Part shown: in pieces, positions 39,983 through 49,252 of the stretch
How positions within the stretch are numbered: position 1 is the first letter of the stretch
Layout: the number at the start of each line of letters is the position of its first letter
Translations under genes and position numbers: made by a program
Source of the DNA: an uncultured Alphaproteobacteria bacterium
GTDB taxonomy: Bacteria > Pseudomonadota > Alphaproteobacteria > Caulobacterales > Caulobacteraceae
Reading direction: 5' to 3'
DNA: 64,000 nucleotides
Assembly (NCBI GenBank): GCA_903822175.1
Contig: CAIJOB010000011.1
Span: 36,815 to 100,814 of the forward strand
The notes under the pieces: model-generated
What the model was told of the DNA's origin: nothing
Database searches by the model: none
Seen by the model: only the letters and a program-made list of their open reading frames with translations

Positions 39983-40435
39983 ATGTTCTGGCGTATCTAT
40001 TTCTGGACCTTCGCGGCGCTGTCGATCCTCAACGCGCTGTCGGCCGCCCTGCGTCCCGAGGCGCTGGCGATCACCGACTGGGTCGACCTGGCGGTGTTCA
40101 CGCCGATGGCGTTGTTCGCGGTGTGGTCGCAGGCCTTCGACAAGTGGCTGGTGCATCCCAACGTCTGGCGAGGGGTCCTGTTCGGCGCGGTGTTCTGGAA
40201 GTCGATTTCGCTGGGTATCAGCGTGCCGACCCTGATCGCCAGGGTCGTAGAGCTCAACGTCAAGTCGGGTATCTCGGCGGCGGAAAGCGCCATCGTGGTG
40301 GCCGGCGGCATGGCGATCATCCTGACCGTGCCGCCGCTGGTGGCCGTCTATTGCCGCGCCTATCCGGGCGGTGACCGTCCGCGCATCCGCCTGCCGGGCC
40401 CCGGTCCGCGCCGCCGCGCCGAGGCCAACGCCTAG
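39983..40435 (+). CDS. small integral membrane protein, function unknown
   Basis: ORF 39902..40435. Start set at ATG 39983, which is preceded by GGAAG. Four predicted helices. Confidence 0.6.
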   Translation: MFWRIYFWTFAALSILNALSAALRPEALAITDWVDLAVFTPMALFAVWSQAFDKWLVHPNVWRGVLFGAVFWKSISLGISVPTLIARVVELNVKSGISAAESAIVVAGGMAIILTVPPLVAVYCRAYPGGDRPRIRLPGPGPRRRAEANA

Positions 40436-40443
40436 GTTTCCCT

Positions 40444-41439
40444 TCAGGCCGGCGGTCCAAATTCCTTGGTGCGCACCGCGATGGCGCACTCTTCCAGCAC
40501 CTTGAAATAGCGCCGCGTCGCATCCGCCCCGACCTCGAAGGGATGCGGCTCACCGGCGGCGCGGGGCAGGCCCGCCAACCGGGCGCGGTCGTAGGCGGCG
40601 TCGAACAGAGAATGGTTCGAGAGCAGCACGCTGGCCCCGGCGTCGGCGGCGGCCTGCTGCATCTTGCGCTGTGAAGCGATGTAGGTGTCGAACCGCCCGG
40701 GCTCGTGACGGAAGTTGAAGGCCGTGCCGCCGGAATAGGCCACCGTCAACGGCCGGCCATGGTCCTTCACCGGAAAAACGAAGGACAGTGTCCCCAGCGT
40801 GTGGCCGGGCGTGGTGTAGATCGTCACCGTGGTGTCGCCGAGTGTCAGCTTCTGACCGTCTGTCGCGACCATATCCTTCTTGGGCGCGCCGCCCGGCATG
40901 TTGGGCGTCGCCGCCACGACATCCCAGTCCGGCCCGCCCATCACCACGTGGGCGCCGAAGCGGTCCTGCAGCAGGCGTGCGCCCTGGTCGTGGTCGCCGT
41001 GCCCGTGGGTGACCAGGACATATTTGATGGTCTTGGGATCGAGCCCCAGCGCCTTGATGCCGTCGACGATCTCTGGCTCGGCGGCATAGGCGTAGAGGGT
41101 GTCGATGACGATCAGGCCCTGGCTGGTCTTCAACACCCAGGACGAATGGATCTTGGTCCCGACCCAATAGAGGTTGTCGAACACCTTCTGCGGCTTGGCA
41201 TACCACTCGCTGCGCGGCGGATCGACGCGCGGCGTCGCCGCACCGGCCGGGGCCGCGCTGCGAGCCGGCGGCGGGGCGTCTGGCAGGCAGGTGACACCCA
41301 GAATGCCGCCCCAGTCGAGCCCGGCGGCGGCCTTGGCGGCGGCAAGGTGGCCCTCGACCCCAGGGTTGGCCGTCTGGGCCTGGGCCGCGGTCAGGCCTAG
41401 CCCGGCCGCAAGCGCAGCGGCGGCGATGGTCTTGCGCAT
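40444..41439 (-). CDS. secreted MBL-fold metallo-hydrolase
   Basis: ORF 40444..41454. Start set at ATG 41439 (MRKTIAAAALAAGLGLTAAQA signal peptide). HxHxDH motif THGHGDHDQG. Confidence 0.85.
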   Translation of the reverse strand: MRKTIAAAALAAGLGLTAAQAQTANPGVEGHLAAAKAAAGLDWGGILGVTCLPDAPPPARSAAPAGAATPRVDPPRSEWYAKPQKVFDNLYWVGTKIHSSWVLKTSQGLIVIDTLYAYAAEPEIVDGIKALGLDPKTIKYVLVTHGHGDHDQGARLLQDRFGAHVVMGGPDWDVVAATPNMPGGAPKKDMVATDGQKLTLGDTTVTIYTTPGHTLGTLSFVFPVKDHGRPLTVAYSGGTAFNFRHEPGRFDTYIASQRKMQQAAADAGASVLLSNHSLFDAAYDRARLAGLPRAAGEPHPFEVGADATRRYFKVLEECAIAVRTKEFGPPA

Positions 41440-41473
41440 CGGTGTCTCCCCCAAAGGCTGTATCTCGCCGGCG

Positions 41474-41965
41474 TCAGGTCATCCGCTCGCGCAGCATTTC
41501 CAGCGCCGACTGGACCGCGGCCAGCTGGATATCGATGCGATCGTCCAGCTCGAAGAATTCCTGACGGTGCGTCAGGCCGTGGTTGGTGCGGGCGGTGGCG
41601 ATATGCACCGTGCCGACCGGCTTCATCGGCGTGCCGCCGCCAGGGCCGGCGACGCCGGTGATCGCCACGGAGATGTGGGCGTTGGAGTTTTCCAGCGCGC
41701 CCTCGGCCATCATCCGCGCCACCGGCTCCGACACCGCGCCCAGGTCGGCGATCAGGTCGCCCGGAATGCCCAGGAGCTCCTGCTTGGCGCGGTTGGAGTA
41801 GGTGATGAAGCCGCGCTCGAAGACGTCCGAAGCCCCTGCCACCTGACAGATCGCGCCGGCCACTAGCCCGCCGGTGCAGCTTTCCGCGGTGACGATCCGC
41901 AGGGAGCGCTCCCGGGCCTCATCGACCAGCAGGCGGGCCAAGGTCACGATCTCAAGCGAAAACAT
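41474..41965 (-). CDS. CinA C-terminal domain / PncC-type nicotinamide-nucleotide amidase family protein
   Basis: 163 aa with TAESCTGG and ISVAITGVAGPGGG. Confidence 0.88.
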   Translation of the reverse strand: MFSLEIVTLARLLVDEARERSLRIVTAESCTGGLVAGAICQVAGASDVFERGFITYSNRAKQELLGIPGDLIADLGAVSEPVARMMAEGALENSNAHISVAITGVAGPGGGTPMKPVGTVHIATARTNHGLTHRQEFFELDDRIDIQLAAVQSALEMLRERMT

Positions 41966-42064
41966 CGGCGGGGCCTCTTGGGAACGCGGCGTGGGACGTG
42001 CCGCGACCAGAGCATCGGATAGGCTGCACGTTCAAGGCGATTCGCAGCCCTCCGGTCCGGCTCC

Positions 42065-44380
42065 ATGACGACGCTCACCTCCGACACCCTGGACCGCCGC
42101 AAGGCCCCGTCCGCCCTGTTCGCCGTCACGGTCTTCGCCAGCGCCGCCCTGGTGTTCCTGGTCGAGCCGATGATCGCCAAGCTGGTGTTGCCAAGGCTCG
42201 GCGGCAGTCCGTCGGTCTGGAACACCAGCCTGGCCTTCTTCCAGGTCGCGCTCTTGGCGGGCTATGGCTATGCCCACGCCCTGCAGCGGCTGCGTTCGCT
42301 GCGCGCCCAGGCGCTGGTCCATGGCGCGGCCTTGCTGCTCGCCGCCATCGCGCTGCCGCTGCGGATCAACGAGCTGATCGGGCCGCCGTCGTCGAACCAT
42401 CCTACGGTCTGGCTGCTGGGCGTGCTGACTGTCTCGATCGGCGCGCCGTTCGCGGTCCTGTCGGCCACCGCGCCCCTGGTGCAGGCCTGGCACGCCCGGG
42501 TGTTCGGACCGGAGGGCGCGGACGGGCAGGGGAGCGAGCCCTACGTCCTCTATGCCGCCAGCAACCTCGGCAGCCTGCTGGCGCTGCTGGCCTATCCGCT
42601 GATCGTCGAGCCGACGCTGACCCTGCACGCGCAGCGCTACGGCTGGAGCGGCGGCTACCTGGTCTTCGGCCTCTTGATCGCGGGCCTGGCCATCGCGGTG
42701 ATCCGCAGCGCCGGCGCCAACCCCGCCGTCCGCCAACCCGCCGCAGACGCCGCCCCGATCAGCTGGCGCGACCGGCTGGTCTGGGTCGTCCTGGCGGCGA
42801 TCCCGTCCAGTCTGATGCTGGGGACCACGACCTACATCACCACCGACGTCGCCTCGGCGCCGTTCCTCTGGGTGCTGCCCCTGGCGCTCTATCTGTTGAC
42901 CTTCATCATAGCCTTCCAGGCCAGGCCGGCGATCCCCAGGGACGTGACCCTGCTGCTGCAGGCGGCGCTGGTGGCGATCTGCGCGGCCCTGCTGCCGTTC
43001 GAGGCGAGCCCGTTCTTCCTGCTGTTGCCGGTGAACCTCGGGGCTTTCTTCTTCACCGCGCTGATGTGCCACCAGGCCCTGGTCGCGCGCCGGCCCGATC
43101 CGTCACGGCTGACGGAGTTCTATTTCTGGATGTCGTTGGGGGGCGTGGTGGGCGGCGGCTTCAACGCCTTCCTGGCGCCGGTGATCTTCGACAACGTCTG
43201 GGAATACCCCTTAGTTCTGATCCTGGCCTGCCTGGTGCGGCCGCAGGGCGCCGGCAGGATCGAGCCCTTCGCCTGGGCGATGCTGGTGCTGGGCGTCGCC
43301 TGCGGCCTCGCCATGCCGGTGCTGAACACCTTTGTCGCGCCGCACGTCTATACGACGCCCATCTTCGGCGGCCTCACCCAGGCCGAGCTCTTCGATCTGG
43401 GCGTGAAGGCCTGCCTCGGCGCCGGCGTGATCGCGGCCTACATGATCCGCCGCCACGGGCTGCTCTACTTCACGGTGATCGCCATCCTGTCGATCGGCGC
43501 CGCGGCGGCGGCGGACCGCACGACGCCCATCCACACCTGGCGCAGCTTCTTCGGCGTGCTGCGCGAATCCGGCACCCATGTGCCGGCGCTGGGCGGGCCG
43601 GTGAGGATGCTGTCGCACGGCACGACCCTGCATGGCGCGGAGGCGGTGACCCCGCGCTGGCAGTGCAATCCGCTCGTCTACTACGCGAACTCGACGCCGA
43701 TCGGGCAGGTGTTCCTGGCCGAGGACCACGCCAAGCCGGGCCTGCGGATCGCGGCGGTGGGTTTGGGGACCGGCACGGTCTCGGCCTATGTCCGCAAGAG
43801 CGACCATCTGACCTTCTTCGAGATCGATCCGCTGGTGATCCGCGTTTCGACCGATCCCAGGCACTTCAGCTACACGACCAAGTGCGCCAAGGGGCCGGTG
43901 GATTTCGTACTGGGCGACGCCCGCCTGACCGTCGCCAAGCAACCAACCGAAGTCTTCGATGTCATGCTGCTGGACGCCTTCTCGTCGGACTCGGTCCCGA
44001 CCCATCTGCTGACCGTGCAGGCGGTGCGCGGTTATCTGACCCACCTCAAGCCGGACGGAGTGCTGATCCTGCACCTCTCCAATCGTAACCTCGACCTGGA
44101 CGGCCCGGCCGAGGCGGTGGCGCAGGCCGCCGGCGGGGTGGCGCTGATCCAGCACTATCGGAACAAGCCCGGTGAGGATGTCGCCGGCTGGCCCTCGCCC
44201 GAGGAAGCTGTGATCGTCGCCCGCTCGCCGGCGGGCCTGGCGCCCTTCGCCCACGATCCGCGCTGGGAGCCCACCGACCCCACGCGTGTCCGCCCCTGGA
44301 CCGATGACTACACCAATCTGTTCGGCGCGCTCTGGCGGCGACTGTTGGAGAAGATGGACCCCAACGACCCGCAGAACTAG
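42065..44380 (+). CDS. polytopic membrane protein fused to a spermidine-synthase-like SAM-dependent transferase domain
   Basis: 771 aa. About 450 aa of TM helices, then [11 protein letters not shown] (GxGxG) ... [14 protein letters not shown] ... GVLILHLSN, typical of the spermine/spermidine synthase fold. Confidence 0.75.
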   Translation: MTTLTSDTLDRRKAPSALFAVTVFASAALVFLVEPMIAKLVLPRLGGSPSVWNTSLAFFQVALLAGYGYAHALQRLRSLRAQALVHGAALLLAAIALPLRINELIGPPSSNHPTVWLLGVLTVSIGAPFAVLSATAPLVQAWHARVFGPEGADGQGSEPYVLYAASNLGSLLALLAYPLIVEPTLTLHAQRYGWSGGYLVFGLLIAGLAIAVIRSAGANPAVRQPAADAAPISWRDRLVWVVLAAIPSSLMLGTTTYITTDVASAPFLWVLPLALYLLTFIIAFQARPAIPRDVTLLLQAALVAICAALLPFEASPFFLLLPVNLGAFFFTALMCHQALVARRPDPSRLTEFYFWMSLGGVVGGGFNAFLAPVIFDNVWEYPLVLILACLVRPQGAGRIEPFAWAMLVLGVACGLAMPVLNTFVAPHVYTTPIFGGLTQAELFDLGVKACLGAGVIAAYMIRRHGLLYFTVIAILSIGAAAAADRTTPIHTWRSFFGVLRESGTHVPALGGPVRMLSHGTTLHGAEAVTPRWQCNPLVYYANSTPIGQVFLAEDHAKPGLRIAAVGLGTGTVSAYVRKSDHLTFFEIDPLVIRVSTDPRHFSYTTKCAKGPVDFVLGDARLTVAKQPTEVFDVMLLDAFSSDSVPTHLLTVQAVRGYLTHLKPDGVLILHLSNRNLDLDGPAEAVAQAAGGVALIQHYRNKPGEDVAGWPSPEEAVIVARSPAGLAPFAHDPRWEPTDPTRVRPWTDDYTNLFGALWRRLLEKMDPNDPQN

Positions 44381-45522
44381 AGCGGCGTCTCCACGCTGAC
44401 CACCGCCTGGGCCATCAGGCCCTCTTCGCGGCCGGTGAAGCCCATGCCCTCGGTCGTCGTCGCCTTGACGCTGACCCGGTCGATGGGAAGGCCGAGCAGC
44501 TCGGCGATGCGGGCGCGCATGGCGTCGCGGTGCGGGCCGATTTTCGGCCGCTCGCAGATCAGCGTCAGGTCGGCGTTCAGGATCTTGCCGCCCTTGGCCT
44601 GCGCCAGTTTCACCGCGTGCAGCAGGAACTGATCCGACGAGGCGCCTTTCCACTTCGGATTGGACGGCGGGAAGTGCTGGCCGATGTCGCCCTCGGCTAT
44701 GGCCCCCAGCACCGCGTCGGTCAGGGCGTGCAGGCCCGCATCGGCGTCGGAATGGCCGACCAGGCCCAGATCGTGCTCGATGCGGATGCCGCCCAGCCAG
44801 ACCACGGCCCCCGGCCCGAAGCGGTGCGCATCGATCCCAAAGCCGGTCCGCACGATCCGCCGCGAGCCCGCCAACTGCTCGGCCATCAGGAAGTCTTCCG
44901 GATAGGTCAGCTTCATCAGCATGGGATCGCCCGGAACCATGGCCACGTGGCCGCCGGCGCGTTCGACCACGCGGGCGTCGTCGGTGGGCTCCTCATTGGC
45001 CGGCCAGCGGCGGTAGGCGGCTTTCAGCTTGCCGAACCGGAAGGCCTGCGGGGTCTGGGCGCGCCACAGACCCTCGCGGCTCACCGTCTCGTCAATCAGG
45101 CCTTCGCCGCGCTTCAGGGTGTCCGGAACGGGCAGGGCAGGGACCGCCCCGTCCGCGAGTTCCAGCGCCGCCAGCAGCCGGTCGACATGGGCTCGCGTGA
45201 CGAAGGGCCGCGCCGCGTCATGCACCAGCACCGGCTGGGTGCGTCCGCAAGTCAGCGCCGCCAGACCGGCCTGCACGCTATCGGCGCGGGTCTTGCCGCC
45301 GGTGACCGCGCTCCAGCCTGTCAGGCCGTCCAGCACCTCGTCGATGGCGACAAGCCGGTCGTGGGCCACGACGACGACGACCTCGCGCGCGCCGGCCGAC
45401 AGCAAGCCTTCCAACGACCAGCGGACCAGCGCCCGCGAGCCCAGCAGGCGCCACGCCTTGGGCTCGCCGGGCCCGGCGCGCAGGCCTTCGCCCGCCGCCA
45501 CAATAACCGCCGAGAAGCTCAT
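44377..45522 (-). CDS. ispDF: bifunctional 2-C-methyl-D-erythritol 4-phosphate cytidylyltransferase / 2,4-cyclodiphosphate synthase
   Basis: 381 aa. IspD N-terminal half ([10 protein letters not shown]), IspF C-terminal half (GFGIDAHRF ... [12 protein letters not shown]). Confidence 0.96.
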   Translation of the reverse strand: MSFSAVIVAAGEGLRAGPGEPKAWRLLGSRALVRWSLEGLLSAGAREVVVVVAHDRLVAIDEVLDGLTGWSAVTGGKTRADSVQAGLAALTCGRTQPVLVHDAARPFVTRAHVDRLLAALELADGAVPALPVPDTLKRGEGLIDETVSREGLWRAQTPQAFRFGKLKAAYRRWPANEEPTDDARVVERAGGHVAMVPGDPMLMKLTYPEDFLMAEQLAGSRRIVRTGFGIDAHRFGPGAVVWLGGIRIEHDLGLVGHSDADAGLHALTDAVLGAIAEGDIGQHFPPSNPKWKGASSDQFLLHAVKLAQAKGGKILNADLTLICERPKIGPHRDAMRARIAELLGLPIDRVSVKATTTEGMGFTGREEGLMAQAVVSVETPL

Positions 45523-45622
45523 CAGCGTGTGTTTAGGGACACGGTCGCGCTTGTCCAGTTCACGCGGGCTTTACCGCACCGCACAAATTGCCTAAAAAGC
45601 CAGCGATGGGGATGACTATAAA

Positions 45623-46630
45623 ATGAGCAGTTCGCTCAAGCTTGGCGATTTGGTGATCGGCGGGCGGGTTTGGATCGCGCCGATGACCGGGGTCTCCGAC
45701 CTGCCGTTCCGCCGCGCCGCCAGCCGGCTGGGCGCGGCCTACGTGGCGACCGAGATGGTCGCTTGCGCCGAGTTTTCCAAAGGCCGGCCCGACGTGGTGC
45801 GCCGCGCGGCGGTGGGCGAGGGCCTGCCGCTGATGGTCGTCCAGCTGGTCGGCCGGGACCCCGAGCATATCGCCGAGGGCGCGCGTATGGCCGCCGCGGC
45901 CGGCGCCCAGGTCATCGATCTCAACTTCGGCTGCCCGGCCCGGGAGGTCACCGGCGCGCAATGCGGCTCGGCCCTGATGCGTGAGCCCGAGCTGGCTGAG
46001 CGCCTGATCGCCTCGGCCATCGCCGCGGTCGACGTGCCGGTGACCGTCAAGATGCGGCTGGGTTGGGACGACGCCTCGAAGAATGCCCCGGACCTGGCGG
46101 CCCGCGCCGAAGCGCTCGGCGTCGCGGCGGTCACGGTGCATGGCCGCACCCGCTGCCAGTTCTACAAGGGCGCCGCCGACTGGGGCGCGATCCGCGCGGT
46201 GAAGGATGCCGTCGGCATTCCGGTCATCGCCAATGGCGACATCGTTGATGGACCGACCGCGCGCGCCGCGCTGGCGGCGTCCGGCGCCGACGGCGTGATG
46301 GTCGGGCGCGGGGTCTATGGCCGACCCTGGATCGCCGCCCAGCTTGAGGCGGAACTCGACGGGCGGCCGTTCGAAGAGCCGGATGCCGAGACGCGACTCG
46401 CCATCGCCCTCGATCATTTCCAAGATGCGCTCGGCTTCTATGGCGAACGGCTGGGCCTGCGCGTGTTCCGCAAGCACCTGGCCTCCTATATCGAACAGGC
46501 GCCTTGGCCGACGAGCGCCGATGAGCGCCGAGAGGCCCGTGGCGTCCTTTGCCGCCTCGAAGACGCCGCCGAGGTCGAAGCCGGCCTGACCGCGCTCTGG
46601 ATGGGCCCTGAACGGAGGATGGCCGCATGA
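45623..46630 (+). CDS. dusB: tRNA-dihydrouridine synthase (NifR3/DusB family)
   Basis: 335 aa with APMTGVSDLPFR and DLNFGCP. It is followed directly by ntrBC, as in other alphaproteobacteria. Confidence 0.93.
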   Translation: MSSSLKLGDLVIGGRVWIAPMTGVSDLPFRRAASRLGAAYVATEMVACAEFSKGRPDVVRRAAVGEGLPLMVVQLVGRDPEHIAEGARMAAAAGAQVIDLNFGCPAREVTGAQCGSALMREPELAERLIASAIAAVDVPVTVKMRLGWDDASKNAPDLAARAEALGVAAVTVHGRTRCQFYKGAADWGAIRAVKDAVGIPVIANGDIVDGPTARAALAASGADGVMVGRGVYGRPWIAAQLEAELDGRPFEEPDAETRLAIALDHFQDALGFYGERLGLRVFRKHLASYIEQAPWPTSADERREARGVLCRLEDAAEVEAGLTALWMGPERRMAA

Positions 46631-47748
46631 GCTGGCGCACACTTCCGCAATCGCTGGGCGTCGACGTCCTGGCGCTGAAGGCCGCGGCCTTCGAGCTCAG
46701 CCCCGACCCCGCCATGGTGGTCGACGCCGAGGGCGCGCTGGTAGCGGTCAACGAGGCCGCCGAGGCACTGTTCGGCCAGGGCCTGGGGCTCCTGGCTCGC
46801 GGCCGGTTCAGCGCCGCCCTGCCGCCGGGCTCGGCCCTGGTCTCCCTGCTCAATCGCGCGACTGAAGAGCAGGCCAAGGTTCGCGAGCGCGGCGTGCAGA
46901 TCAGCCTCTTTGGCCTCGCGCCCTTCGAGGCGGACGGGGCCGCCGCGCCGCTGGGCGACGGCTCGGTGCTGCTGACCCTGACCCTGAAGGCGGGGCTCGG
47001 TGTCGAGCGGGGCGGGGCCGACGCCGCCAGCGGCCTGCGCTCAGTCGTCGGCCTGGGCCGCATGCTGGCGCACGAGATCAAGAACCCGCTGGCTGGCATT
47101 CGCGGCGCCGCCCAACTGCTGAAGTCGGGCGCCAAGGCGGAGGACGCGCCGCTGGCCCAGTTGATCGTCGATGAGACCGATCGCGTGCGCCGCCTGGTCG
47201 ACCGGATGGAGGCCTTCTCCGACGACGCGCTTCCCTTCACGACGCCGCTCAACATCCACCAGGTGCTGGACCGGGTGCGGGCGCTCGCCGCCAACGGCGT
47301 CGCCGACGGCCTGCAGCTTCGCGAGCAATACGATCCGTCGCTCCCGCCAGTGCTGGGCGATGAGGATCAGTTGATCCAGATCTTCCTGAACCTGGTGAAG
47401 AACGCCGCCGAGGCCGCTCACTCCCGCGGCGACGGTCGCGGCGCCATCGGCATCTACACCGCCTATCGTCACGGCGTCCGTGTTCGCGCCGCCAAGGGCC
47501 AGACGCTGCGCGGGGCCCCGCTAGAGGTCCGCATCGTCGACAACGGCCCGGGCGTTCCCGACCACCTGCGAGAACACCTCTTCCAGCCCTTCGTGACCAC
47601 CAAGCCCAATGGGGTCGGCCTGGGCCTGGCGCTGGTCAGCAAGCTGGTGAATGCGCACGGCGGCCTGCTCGACTTCGAATCCGAACCCGGCCGGACGGTT
47701 TTCCGGGTGTTGTTGCCTATCGCTTCCGACGAGGACGTCCCGGCATGA
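46627..47748 (+). CDS. ntrB: nitrogen-regulation sensor histidine kinase NtrB
   Basis: 373 aa with a PAS region, the H-box [17 protein letters not shown] and N/G boxes. Confidence 0.92.
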   Translation: MSWRTLPQSLGVDVLALKAAAFELSPDPAMVVDAEGALVAVNEAAEALFGQGLGLLARGRFSAALPPGSALVSLLNRATEEQAKVRERGVQISLFGLAPFEADGAAAPLGDGSVLLTLTLKAGLGVERGGADAASGLRSVVGLGRMLAHEIKNPLAGIRGAAQLLKSGAKAEDAPLAQLIVDETDRVRRLVDRMEAFSDDALPFTTPLNIHQVLDRVRALAANGVADGLQLREQYDPSLPPVLGDEDQLIQIFLNLVKNAAEAAHSRGDGRGAIGIYTAYRHGVRVRAAKGQTLRGAPLEVRIVDNGPGVPDHLREHLFQPFVTTKPNGVGLGLALVSKLVNAHGGLLDFESEPGRTVFRVLLPIASDEDVPA

Positions 47749-49166
47749 ATACCGCCAGCAAAAAGATCCTGATCGCCGACGACGACGCCTCGATCCGCCT
47801 GGTCCTGTCGCAGGCCTTCACCCGGCTTGGCTATCAGGTCCGCGCCACCGGAAACGCCGCGACCCTGCTGAAGTGGGTGACGGACGGCGAGGGTGACCTG
47901 GTGGTGACCGACGTGGTCATGCCAGACGAAAACGTCTTCGACGTGCTGCCGCGCATCAAGAAGGAACGGCCCAAGCTGCCGATCATCGTGATGAGCGCGC
48001 AGAACAACCTGATCACCGCGGTCAACGCCGCCGAGCTCGGCGCCTTCGACTACATCCCCAAGCCCTTCGACCTGGACGACATGACGGCCTGTGCGCGGCG
48101 CGCGCTGTCGCGGCCCGCAGACCCCGAGGCCGCCCGCGCCCAGGCCCGCGCGGTGCGCGACGACCGCCTGCCGTTGATCGGCCGCTCGGGCCCGATGCAG
48201 GAGGTCTATCGCACCATCGCCCGTCTGGTCGGCGCGGACCTCACCGTGCTGGTCACCGGCGAGAGCGGGTCTGGCAAGGAGCTGGTCGCCCGCGCCTTGC
48301 ACGACATGGGCCGCCGGCGCGACGGCAAGTTCGTGACCATCAATCTGGCGGCGGTGCCGCGCGAGCGGGTCGAGACCGAGCTGTTCGGCAAGGAGGACGG
48401 CGACGCCGGCAAGCTGATCGACGCCGATGGGGGCACCCTGTTCCTGGACGAGATCGGCGACATGCCGCTGGACGCCCAGACGCGCCTCCTGCGCGTGATC
48501 GACGGCTCGGAGCCGGCGCTGAACCCCAAGACCGGGCGCAGGCCCAATGTGCGGATCATCGCGGCCACCAACCGCGACCTGCGCGGGCTGATTCGTGAAG
48601 GCCTGTTCCGCGAGGACCTGTTCTTCCGCCTGAACGTCGCGCCGCTGCGGCTGCCGCCGCTGCGCGACCGGCCCGACGATATCCCGGACCTGGCGCGGGC
48701 CTTTCTGCTGCGCGCCAACCGCGAAGGCCTGCCGTCCAAGACCATCGACGCCGCGGCGCTGGACCGCCTGAAGCAGCATGCCTGGCCCGGCAATGTCCGC
48801 GAACTGGAAAACCTCATCCGCCGCATCTGCGCGCTCTATGGCGAGGACCTGATCACCGCGCGGATCATCGAGCGCGAACTGGTCGACCATCAGCCGCAGG
48901 TGCAAGGCGAGGAAGGCCCCGCGACGCTCGCCCAGCTCGTCGAGCGCAAGCTCTCGAGCTACTTCGCCGACCAGCCGGACGGCCTGCCGCCGGCGGGGCT
49001 CTACGACCGGGTGCTGGAAGAGGTGGAGCGGCCGCTGATCCAGCTGACGCTCTCGGCCACCCGCGGCAATCAGGTCCGCGCCGCCGAGATCCTGGGGCTT
49101 AACCGCAACACCCTGCGCAAGAAGATCTCCGACCTGGGAGTCGAGATGCAGCGAGGCCGTAGGTAG
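47745..49166 (+). CDS. ntrC: response regulator NtrC (receiver, AAA+ and HTH domains); the GAFTGA motif is absent
   Basis: 473 aa with a receiver domain, Walker [22 protein letters not shown] and a C-terminal Fis-type HTH. ELFG is followed by [12 protein letters not shown] instead of HEKGAFTGA.... Confidence 0.92.
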   Translation: MNTASKKILIADDDASIRLVLSQAFTRLGYQVRATGNAATLLKWVTDGEGDLVVTDVVMPDENVFDVLPRIKKERPKLPIIVMSAQNNLITAVNAAELGAFDYIPKPFDLDDMTACARRALSRPADPEAARAQARAVRDDRLPLIGRSGPMQEVYRTIARLVGADLTVLVTGESGSGKELVARALHDMGRRRDGKFVTINLAAVPRERVETELFGKEDGDAGKLIDADGGTLFLDEIGDMPLDAQTRLLRVIDGSEPALNPKTGRRPNVRIIAATNRDLRGLIREGLFREDLFFRLNVAPLRLPPLRDRPDDIPDLARAFLLRANREGLPSKTIDAAALDRLKQHAWPGNVRELENLIRRICALYGEDLITARIIERELVDHQPQVQGEEGPATLAQLVERKLSSYFADQPDGLPPAGLYDRVLEEVERPLIQLTLSATRGNQVRAAEILGLNRNTLRKKISDLGVEMQRGRR

Positions 49167-49252
49167 GCCGATCTGTAGGCAGCGCGGCCGGCTGACGTAT
49201 CCTTGCAACAAGACTGTTGCGTTTGGGGCACGCTCGCTTAGGCTCCCCGGCG

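Noticed and set aside
39407-40435. The RatA-like gene plus the downstream small gene as a type II toxin-antitoxin (RatAB-like) pair.
   Set aside because: The downstream gene encodes a four-helix membrane protein, not a RatB-like partner, and is separated by about 130 nt. SRPBCC/COQ10-like proteins next to lipA are ordinary housekeeping genes in alphaproteobacteria.
40444-41439. A secreted MBL-fold protein as a subclass B3 metallo-beta-lactamase resistance gene.
   Set aside because: Only the generic HxHxDH motif is visible. I cannot verify the B3-specific residues or overall similarity to L1/FEZ/CAU-type enzymes by eye. I keep the generic call of MBL-fold hydrolase.
49205-49239. A possible terminator/attenuator hairpin (GCAAC-aagact-GTTGC followed by GTTT) and a sigma-54-like TGGGGCAC element between ntrC and ntrY.
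   Set aside because: The stem is only 5 bp with a poor U-tract. No register gives the GG-N10-GC spacing of a -24/-12 promoter.
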